Positions 36,679-48,600 of a stretch of 64,000 bases of DNA are shown in pieces (positions within the stretch are counted from its first letter, which is position 1; each line of letters opens with the position of its first letter). Position numbers and translations under genes: made by a program. Source of the DNA: Styela clava (Eukaryota); NCBI RefSeq assembly GCF_964204865.1, contig NC_135252.1, positions 8,308,001-8,372,000 of the forward strand, given 5' to 3'. Below the pieces are notes generated by a model that did no database searches, was not told where the DNA came from, and saw nothing but the letters and a program-made list of their open reading frames with translations.

Positions 36679-39600
36679 TTATGTTGACGAAATCGATCCA
36701 GAAGCTGAAAAAAGAATTCATGTTATTTGCCACTTTTTGAAAACAACTCTAAAGAATATACTTGAAAAATGCCGCTTTTTAAACATATCTTACATCCAAT
36801 GCTTCCTGTGCCATTGAAACCAGTAGCAGTTTTTGGTGCAGCTGTTTCATTGAAGTTTAGTTTTTCATCGTATATCTTCACATCACCTCCACCTGCTATA
36901 TGATCAGCATTCTCCAATGATCCCACCTTTGAAAGAAAACAACTAATATTGGGAAGAACTGCACGAATTAGGGAGATGGCTAAAATTTGCCAAAAAAAGC
37001 CAGATGTATGCATCACTTGGTTAGACTTGTTGAATTCATATGGAATTTTAATACAGCATTGTCACCAGCAAACTTAATCATGTATCCAGGCATTCTTCGA
37101 CTGTGCCGCTATCCGTATACCCACCACAGATGTCAAATTTCGAGCGCTTTTTACTAGGACTTGGTTAGTTCAACCTTCGAATAGGTTAAGATGAATTTTC
37201 ATTCAGCTCAGAATTGCATTGCAAGCATCTCCTGCACTCAAATACTCAAAACAATAAAGTGATTCAACACAAGTTGTATACCTTTGATTTTGCAGTATCT
37301 TTGAACAGAGGTTTTTCATCAAAGATTTGTACATCTCCTCCACCAGCAATATGATCCGCATTATCTAACGAACCACATTTTGATTTAACGTTTGTCAAAT
37401 CGAGCGTCTTGCTGACAATTTTAACCTAAAATTTAAAAAAATACATATTGGGAGAAAACCATCACATTGACAAAACAGTGAAGATTAGCAAAATAAATTA
37501 TTTTCTGAAGAATACAGATTGATTTTGACATACCGGTAATTTCCGCACCCAACTCTATATATCTTGCAAGCCTTTTTCCTATCAAACAAAGAGATTTACC
37601 TTTCCTCCGCCAGGTGTGTGTGTTAGATTGTCCTTGCTTCCAACTTTCGACTGCACCTTGCTGGTGTCAATTTTTTCATGATGTATTTTGACCTAAAGGA
37701 AAAAAAATAGAAGCCGGTTTTAAAACTAGTTTTGACAGCAAACACTAAAGATACAGTTGCTGCTTTCTTCATGGTGCAATGTCTATAATGCAAACAATAT
37801 ATCACATCCAATTTGTGCATAATGTTTCGTGCTTGAAGTTAACTCCAAATTAAAGATCCACCTGTATATATTAAATGATTATTTACTACCGCTATGCATA
37901 GCTAGGAACACCAGCATGAGAAACACAATGACCTAAAATTGATTCATACCAGCAAGATGACATTACGCAATTTTATCATAAAAATATTATTTTACTTGAT
38001 GATGACAGAATAGTAAAAAAAAAGTGACACTATTGCGAAATATATTTGCATAGGCATAAGTATATGAAATAAAGAAGAGCAAGAGATTGAAAATCATTTA
38101 TGATGAGCAACAATCAGATAGAACGCAAAGGAAGAGATTACATAAATGAGCAATGTTTGAAGAATAATGTTTCAAATATTTCATTAATATTTGAAACAAT
38201 AATCACCCCCTAAAGTTTATGTTAGTACTAGAGATGTACCGATACCACTTTTGTCGCCGATACCGATACCGATCCGATACCAGCTAAAAAAGCCGATATA
38301 AATATTACTTAATTAGGTGTGCTGTGTAGGGCAGACGGGTTAAAACAATAGTCTTTGAGCGTTGTTCATAGAACACATTATTTCAGATCGAAATAAAGAT
38401 ATATCACATAATATGAAATTAATGTTTGGTGTTTGCTTTAACTGATTAAGATACACTGTACAGTAACGCTAGTAATCTCGGCCGGGATGTCCAATTTGAA
38501 TTTAATGTTAATATCGCGACCTTCGAATATCGTTATTCGTGTTTAAAAGAATATCAAATATCACCCACACATTCTAGAGCCGCCGTCCTACGTTCGAATT
38601 AAAAGCATTTTTCAAATATTTTATTTCGTGGCTAATCGTAATCGTCGACGCAATAAGTCAAAGCCAACATGAAAGAATATCAATCAGCACCGACCAAAAG
38701 AAGGCCTACATATAACCGTCGAGGATGTTTTCTTACTTTACTATTTTATATTATTATACAATTGCCATCATATATTTTGAGACAGTCTAGGACTCTAGGC
38801 CCTCTGGGGCTAGGCGGTCATGTCAATATATCTATAAAGAAATTGTGTAGTTAAACAAAATTAATATCTGCGTAGAGGGATAATTGTGTCGGAATTTAGT
38901 TTATCGATGTCGTCGGACTAAATGACACTCGTACTTGACGACAAACAGTCAGAATTTATACCCGTGCCAAAAGTCCATGTGCCGTTAATAAGGACCCCAA
39001 TTCCACTGTATGATTTAAAACTGGGCGCCTAATTGCTTTTTGTTATGTGCCGTGTTGATATATTTCTTCATAATTACTATGTAATATTAAAAATGTCAAT
39101 ATAAAAATTTGACAGCGAAAATAGCTAAAAATACGTGAATCCTATTCTCTCGCGGGGGTAGGGACATGTATGGCTCATAGCTCACGATCTCTCCAGACAA
39201 AAAATAAATTAAAAAGTAGTATTCCAACTTATCTTTTAAAACATTCTGGACCATATCAAAAAGGTAAATATATCGGAAATATCGGCCTTAATCTAACCGA
39301 TACCGATACATGGCCGATACCGAAAAAATGGCCGATATTGCCGATACCGATACCCGATACATCGGTACATCTCTAGTTAGTACTTATTACTTAACATTTA
39401 TTAATCAATATCTATTGTATTGAAAAAAGACAAACTAACAAAATAACATTATGTCTTCGGAAGCAAACTGATGAATGTCGCATAGAAGACACTTACCTAA
39501 TAAATAATTTTCAGATAAAAAAATATTTATTTCTGAGAATTTATTATAGACTTTGAATATTTAAAAACCCATTTTGAAAAAATGTGTTCGCCAAGGAATA

Positions 39601-42600
39601 CTGTAATCGTCTGTATGATAAACAATCATTAGACTTAACAAAAACATGATGACTAGACGACGACAAATGAATACAACGACAATCAAACCTTCCCACCACC
39701 AGGAGTGTGGTTAACATTATGAAGACTTCCAACTCTTCCAGAAACGTTGTCAAACTTTGATTTTTTGTTGAATATCTTCACCTGGTTTCATCCAAAAGAA
39801 GTAATGTCATCATTGTTTGATTGTAATCTTTACTTATCCATAATATCAGAAATATTCAGAGCATTGTTATACATGCTGAGATTAGTCACTTCAAGCAGTT
39901 GAATACAGAAGAGAAAAGAGCTTTTCAGGCACATCCACAAGATGTTGGAAATTTGAAGACAAATAGAGAAGAGACTGGAAATTCAACAATACAACAAATC
40001 TCCATAAGACATCACATATCTTTACAAAAGGCGAACTAAATTGCGAATAGAACTGCATTTGGCAAGACGAATACAAAAAGGAGGAATATCATACTGTTCC
40101 ACAAAACATGCATTTTCAGGCATAACATTAAATAAAGTTGGGTTAGGAAAGCCTCACAAAACGAGTTAAAGTTTTTGCAAACAACAAAGACTGATTATCC
40201 GTCATGCCATGTTAAAGATGAGTTGACATTGTTTCAGTTTCTTTACTCTTCAAATCCTATTGTTGGTCGTCAAAGTAGAATTATGACAAGAAAATGACCT
40301 TTTAGAAAATACCTGAGAAGATAGATATAGGCCTGAACAACACATTGTCAAAACTTTTAACTTTCGATGTGATTCCTTCATAGTTGGAACGTCGTCTTTT
40401 TTTGACTGTCACCTTTTACAAGCACCAGGTTTAAATATTGAAGATGATTGAAAGGCGATTCTTTCAGTTTCAGAACTGACAACTACCAAATACCAAAGGT
40501 AATAAATGCAAGTCGCACAAGTAAATTCAACAAAACAGCAACTATGAATAACATCTATTCAATACAAGAATAATGATTGCAGTGCGGAGGTTTTAACACC
40601 AGCATGCATTCTGTTGTTACTATAAGCAGCCCAGCGAGATGAAAAGCTATACAACCAACATGAAAATACCAACGTAATAGTCTTTTGTACATATCTCCCT
40701 TTTACCAAATTTCCAGAATCAAAATAAAACAGCTTATTGAAAATAAAAATATTTAAAATAACTGAAATATGCTTGAAAATTTGTCTCATTAACTTCGGTG
40801 TAAATGGTTGGTGCTGATAATTAAATAGATATCATATGATCGACATCACGGAAGAAAACAGTCATACATTTAGATTTTAAACCCTATCTTCTCCAGTGAC
40901 ACTAATCCAGCACTTTTACTGATTAAGAAATTAGGTCACTTACCAAAATGTTTAGTTTGAGAACTTCAGAAATAATAGTACCATTACTAAATCAACAAAA
41001 ATTGATAGTATAAATTGTAAACAATATATTATAAATTTACAGAAAAAATAAATTTGATAAATGACTACAGTCACATTACAAATCATTATTAAACACCATA
41101 CACTCTTTACAGTCACACCAACAATGGTCACACACACCCAAACACAAATCATGCTAATGCTATAAATCTGACACAACTTACATTTCCACCTTGTGCTGTA
41201 TGTTTCATGTTGTCTTTTGATCCACATTTAGATGTGACATTACTGAAGTCTAATTTCTTGCTTTCAACTTTGACCTTGAAATCATCAAAATAATCATGAT
41301 TACGAATTACAATGTGAATCACATTGAGGATAATTACTAATGTATTAGTTAGTGTAATACTGTTAGTTTTGACGACATCATCGATGGAAAGTAATATGTC
41401 TGATTTGCATCTAATGTCACATCCAATAAAATTCATCCACAAATTAAAAATCAGGACGATGAAGTCTTGTGTAGCAACAACAGCTATTGGCACCAGGTTT
41501 AAAGAAATTTTGACTTCAACCCTAAAAAAAAAATTTTTTTGACTACAGAAACTCTGGCGTATTATAAACTTTTAGACTTCAGGCTCAGCACTATATCAAA
41601 TGAACTGATTGATGTAAACCGAACCCAATCATATTCAAATCTGACAAATCAAAAAAAAAATGTCCAAACCACAAACATGATGTTTATGAAGTGAAAGAGG
41701 GAACATTCATACCATAACCATCCCATGGAAAATACTTCCCAAAAATTCTAGGCATAGGAGCTGTACAAAGACGATGACACTCAAGCTTTAAGCCACTACC
41801 TTTCCACCTCCAGGAGTATGAGTTAAGTTGTTGAAGGTACCACATTTGGAACTGACATGGCTCAAGTCCAATTTCTTGTGCTCAATTTTCACCTGTTAGC
41901 AAAACAGACATTGGCAAACAGACATTCTTCATTGATTGATGTTCTTATTCTTAACCTGTCTTTCTATAAAGCTATTCTAAGCAATATTCATATTATTTAC
42001 TAATAGAGATAAATTACCTTTCCTCCACCAGGTGTATGAGTTGTGTTAGACAAGGATCCACATTTTGATCCAACATTGCTGAAATCCAGTTTCTTGTTTT
42101 CAATTTTTACCTGGTTGATTATGAAAATTGCTTTAATCGCATGAACTTAGTAACATAAATCTTGATACTACGAACATAAGAGCAATGCTTTAACGTACGG
42201 TAAGGAGGGTCAAATAACTGATAGATCAACACAATATCAGCAAGACTACAGCCAAATGTCAGAAAATTGAAATAAAATTTATGATCCTAACACTAACAAC
42301 AACACACTTTCCACTTCATGTTTAAAAGCAACAAAATCAATCAAATCACCTTTCCTCCACCAGGAGTATGTGATGTATTCGACAATGATCCACATTTGGA
42401 TCCAACATTCTTGTAATCCAACTTCTTATTCTCAATTTTGATCTGCGAAAACAGATGAAAGATAAATTTTTATATAGGTAATAATAATAATCAACAAAAG
42501 TGCCCTATATTCGGGGCGTGAACAATTTTTTGGGAGGCATGGAGCTAATTAAAAATAAACAAATTTGTTAGATTTGATCCTGCTCGTCTTATTTTGGATA

Positions 42601-45600
42601 TTTACTTTTCTTTATTGTTTACACTTCTTTTTTATGTACACATATTTTCAACCTGTTTTTTGAATAGAACAGACTTTCGCCTTACTATATGTTATTTGTG
42701 GCTTATTGTTAGCTAGTTATTTTTGAGGTGAGGGGGGGGGGGAAGCTTGACAAATTCTAAAAAAGGAACGTGGCTCGAAAAGTTTGAAAACCACTGATCT
42801 AAACAATATATCATAGATTCTTTTCTTGCATATTTCATTACTACGTCTCTGGCAGTCAGGGTAGGTGACAAAAAAATGCATGAATATCCTTAAAAGTATT
42901 GATCGCAAATCTAATCAAGCATATGTAATATAAAATCAATAACTTACTGCACAAAAACGCAATAATTAATCATAATGTGTTTTGTAGAATTCAATGCATT
43001 ATACCATATTGATTAAATTCATTTAGTGCACAGTGCATATCCGCACAATATGTTATGCATTACATTGTAATATATTGTGGAATAACATGAGGAAATAAAA
43101 GAATAACTGCTAGTCTCAAATTTACATATGGTAGATATTGTTGTGCAGAATATTATTGTGTCATGCCAGTTAAACAGGTTTTTGTTGTTTTATTCTGACA
43201 AAATTTTATATGACACAAATTTCATATTGATGTCATCCTCTCTGAATAAGGCTCTGTACAAACTTTCACTTGTATTTAAGAGCTATGGTAGTTACTGATT
43301 AAGCTTAGTAACAAAAATTCATTACTGCAAAAAAAATGTTTAATATTTCCCCTTTAGTTCTTTCAAAAAGTTGAACAAGATTTTTTGTTTTACGGGTAAA
43401 GACATTTATTGATCCCTTGCAAAGATTCACTCCATATACTAGACGCAATAAAATCAAAGAAATTTCAACTTCCAAATTATGAATGAAATAATGATACTCT
43501 ATCTCTGCACTATCTCCTCTTGCCCTGCCTCCTCCCGCTAAATTTCTCAAGTGGCCCAGCTAGATATCAGAAGTTGGTTACATGGCCCACCAACAAAAAA
43601 TGTTGCATACACCTGCTCTAACAGGATAATTTAAGTAAACTCTTATGGTCAAAAATAATGTTTTCTTAGTTCATATTCATATAGCGTTTTATACAGTATT
43701 AGTAATCCCTCTGAAAAAAATACCAGGATACCACGATACAAATGCACTTTGAGATTTTGAGAATATTACTTAACATTGTTAACAAGAAGTAATAAAACAA
43801 ATGTAGCAAAATATTGAAACAATTACCTTTCCCCCAGTTGGTGTGTGATGAATATTGGATTTGGAACCAACTTTGGATGTTACTTTACTGTAATCAACTT
43901 TCTTGTGTTCAATTTTCACCTAAAATATATATTGAATGATCGACTTCGTCATCCGAACTACAAGATTTATCATAGACAGGAATTCACCAAAGCAAAAAGT
44001 GTTACGGAGCCTAGAGATAGTTAAAATTTCAGCAAACCTCTCAAAAAATGGGATTATTTTACAAATTAGGGAAGAATGGACAGAGAGTAAATGCAGAAAA
44101 GGGCAGTTTGAACTAATACTGATATAGATAAAATGTGTAAATGAAAAAATGAGTAGATTTAATAGAACTATTGACTCAAATCAAAATACTGTCGAAATAC
44201 TATTAAATTGTGAAATTAATCATTAAATCAATCATATAGAATTATACACAAATTACCAACATTCAACAATTCGCAACAAAATATTGCTGAAAATAATGTT
44301 GAGAAAGTTAGTTTTATTATTGGGTGTGAGTACTGGAAATTCAAAATAGGAAATCATTTGGTTAATCATTATAAATGATTTAAATTAGTATATTAAATTA
44401 AATAGTTCTGAATAATGTTCACCTTTCCCCCACCAGGAGTGTGTTTAGTATTTTCCATTGAACCGATCTTACTTTTTACATTCTTTGTGTCGGGCATTCT
44501 TGGACGAGGTCTGCCACCGTCTGATGACTAAACAATACATTTAACTATTGTTGAATGATACAGGTGACAGGAACACATAAAGTGGAAAGAGTTGCCTGAC
44601 TAGCACAATGATACGTATATCTAAACAACTACAAACCTGAAAACTATAATGACAAACTGGGACAAATAGTCATGCATATAGCCAAATCTGAAATTTTTTC
44701 ATTGTATATATCAACATTGTTCAAACAATATTCAGCTCAGAAAGGTAACAGAATGAAGCTTGGTGGTGCGGCGCATCGCGCTAAGCGTTAGGAATATGTT
44801 CGCCACCTCTGATTACCCTGCGTGAGTTCGCAGGTTTGAATCCTTTGGGAAATAATTATGTTCAATTGCTGTAGGTTTACATAACTGCTGGTCAGTTGCG
44901 GCTTCCTCCACCAAGTCCATGCATCTGAAACAAATAATTGGCTAACCCCATAGACGACATGGATTGGTAACCGGACTTCGCCAATTAAGTCGTTGTACAG
45001 GCTTCCCATTCCCCCGGGATAAATATGTAAATCCATTCCTATCCCTTTTTAACAATGAATTAAACCAACAACAGTTTTTTATAGAATTCATACCACCATA
45101 AAAACAAATTATTTGAGAAAAAGAATTCATACCTGTGAGCTAGGAGTCCTAGGTGTTCTGGGTGTAATAGATGCTGGGCTTCTAACAGGTGCAGATCTTG
45201 GAGATCTTAGTGCTGGCTATGCATTTGAATAAGAAATTTATTTTAAAAATAAAAAGTCGAAGTCTCGTAAGACAAACATGATGGCCAGTTAAAACTAAAA
45301 CTGTGTTCTAAAATGAACCATTGTAAATATAAACAAACATCTCAACATATTGCCAGGAGTGGATGTATTACAGAATTCACACATCTAAGCAATGCATTCA
45401 AACGCATAACTCTTTTGATTATTTTATTGAAAACTGGAGTTGCAAATCTCAATCGAGATGTAGGTTATTTTCCAGATTAATCTTAGATGGTGATTGCTTG
45501 GAATGTGTGAAACCTCATTCACAAACCTCCATCCTAATTCATGTTCGTAGGATTCATTTTGCTAAATTGTCGTTGCTCTTGGGACAAAAATTATTTTCTG

Positions 45601-48600
45601 TTTTAGGACATCAGGCTATTAACATTCAAATTTACAAATTAGTATTGATGAATTCTAAAAGGCCATCACTCTCATTTCTTGGTAAATTTTCTCCAGGCCC
45701 GCTAGAACCATTTATTTTACCTCAAATTTTCTGATTTTAATAAGGAAGCATCATGCACTCTCATAATAAGGCATAATAGAATTATACAGCATCCTGTACC
45801 TTCAATGGAGTAGTGCTGAGTGAAGGATGATTTTTAGATTGTGTTGGTTTACGTGTTGGAGTGTTAGTACGCAAGGTAGTTGGCTGAAGTGGGGCACGCT
45901 TCTCCCCTGCCGAAGAAGGCTTTGGTGTGGTGCTTGTACCCTGTAAAGTAAATCATACTGTTATAGTAGAATCCCCAGTCATATAAAAACAAATAGACTT
46001 TATCTTATAGTAATCTTCATAGCAATCTTTGGCTATGGTACCTCTATCTACGATCAAAAAATCATTCTAATTGCTAGTTCACATGACTTGCAACCTATTA
46101 GTTTTCCTCAATTAGCCTATAAAATATATACTTTGTACATAAAATCAAATTCCAAATTCAAGGAATAAAAACTTACCTTTGGGGTAATTCTGGTTGTAGT
46201 TGGAGTGCTTCTGGCAGTGTTGTTTTGCTTCACAGGCGATGCAGTATTCAATCTGTTGGACTGAGTAGTATTGTGTCGTTTATTTGTGATGGCAGTAGTG
46301 GTGGTGGCAGCTTTGGCAGAACCAGGTCGACCTGGAGTTGATGATTTTGATTGTGGAGTTGGAATCCTTCTAGGCAAAGAACTTCTCGGTGTTGGTTTGT
46401 TTTGCTTCGGTACAGCTTCGTCTGTGCTTGATGATTGCTAAAAGGCAATAGGTAGATGTCGTATGCTTGTTTAACAATCAGAATTGTTTGTAGTGTACAG
46501 GGCTACAGGCGAACTCACGAAAGCGAGATTGAATCTGCTCCAGATTTTGCATGTGCATTCATCTTATCTCGGACCAGTTATTAGTATATCTTCTAATTAA
46601 TTAAGATGAATTGTTATATTGATATATGGTAATCCACCAATTCATTGTAGCAAATACTCTCTTATATCATTTTCTCAACTAAAAGGGACTTTATCCTTTA
46701 CACAGAGATGCCATTATATTTTCTGATTATTTTTCATTTCAACTTGCAAAATAGATTACCTTTGTTTTTGCTTCTGATGAAATCTTTCCAGTTGCAATAT
46801 GATTATTTGAATATTCTGAAAAACGTTGGAAAATATATAAGTTATTTATCTTGAAAACATGTGTAGCGTTTTTGAATAACAATCTTCAATTATCTAAGCT
46901 CATCTTCATAATAATGGCTAGTTACAAAAAATCCAATATAATAAATGAAAAACGAGTACTAGAATGTACATGTACATGTACATGCAATAAAAAATTGTCA
47001 ATTATAGAGTATTATGGTCTTTCCTGTCTAATTTGAACAAATTTCATTAAAAACAGACTAAACAACTTACTGGTACTCCCTTATTTTTGGTTCTGTGTAA
47101 TATACCAAATTAGCTAAATTAAAATCATTGGCAGCATACGCTTGGCCATTGTCATATTATAGAGCCATTTGCTTTCCAATATCATTTAATCATACATTGA
47201 AACACCACCGCTTTTCCTAACAAGTACTAGTATGTACATGTACATATAACAAAAAATTGTCACTTATAGAGTATTATGGTCTTCCCTGTCTTATCTGAAC
47301 AAATTCCATTGAAAACAGGCAGTAGGAACAACATACTCCTTTATTTTTGGTTCCGTGTAATATACTTGATTAACTTAATTAAAATCACACACAGGGATTG
47401 CTTCAACAATGACCCGTAAGACTTGCATCCTTTCAAGAAATGTGTTTTTGCAACGGCGGGCACAAACCAAAGTATAAAGAAATCTTACGTTTGACCTAGA
47501 AGTCATGAATAATTTATAGAAACTCGCCAAGACAAAACAACCTTCTCTAATGTGAAATTGTTTCATAGGTTTTGAATGGAACATCGTCCCACGGGCACTC
47601 AATGTTTGCAAGACTAAAATAGCTACGGTTCAAAATATTTCACAGAAAACGAAAAATTGGGGATTCCCTTTATAAACAACTGGCATTCATGTAATTCATA
47701 ATAAATAAAATCACAATAATTCAAAATTCCATATTTAATCTTCTGTAATAAAAAATTTCCAGTTTCACACATCTTTATTTACGTACCTTCCTCGCCAACA
47801 AATTAACATGTAACATGAACGATCCCGAAAATAACAATTTTCAACTTGTTACGAGTTACGTGTGTGTTCCATTTTATATACTTCGGGGGAGTTATAAGAT
47901 GTGTTTTTATAGCATGACAACATCTTGACTGGACGTTAGACGCCTGCGGACGCGTTTCCAACAACAGAATAATATACATGTCATAACAATGGACATCATA
48001 ATAGCATTGTCCACTTCTTAAATGGGATTCGCAAAATCCTACCAACAATAAAATAACGCCCCGTTTCCCTGTCCACAATTCACTTGTGGACAAGTCGATA
48101 TCCGGTTGAGATGGCGACGAACGGTGAAATAGCCGAAATGGTGTCGTAAATTGTAAAAAAAAAATTATAGGACCAGTTATAGACACTTTTTTATTAGAAA
48201 CGGTGAATTTACGGTCATTTTTGAGAAAATTTATTATTTGACAATAGTACTAGTAGATTTTTATTTCGGCTGCGGGCTTGTGACTTACAATTACAAAATT
48301 GCTCCGGACGTAGCCTATATTTTCCCGGATTGACTAAACCAGGTACACTAGGTTTCAAGAAACTATTCTAAAGACCTAATGCGCAAATTAATATTTGCTG
48401 ACGTGATATACCAAACGAGAAAAACCCGATCAAAAACAACATACGTTGACGTTATGCGCAATTTCAGCTCTAGTGTATAGTTTAACTAAGAAAAATCTCC
48501 TTTACAAAGGCACTTTTTTGTGTATAGATCATATCAATCCTAATGACGCAGTCCTGCACACTACAATGCTATCGCTAACAATTCAATAGTCTTAAATTTA

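Noticed and set aside
41182-43919. Regularly recurring similar units that might suggest a CRISPR-like array
   Set aside because: The units are spliced coding exons in a eukaryotic gene, and no cas genes are present.
47803-48186. 127-aa ORF in the Tau/MAP intron
   Set aside because: Non-ATG start and no recognisable motif; more likely non-coding or regulatory.
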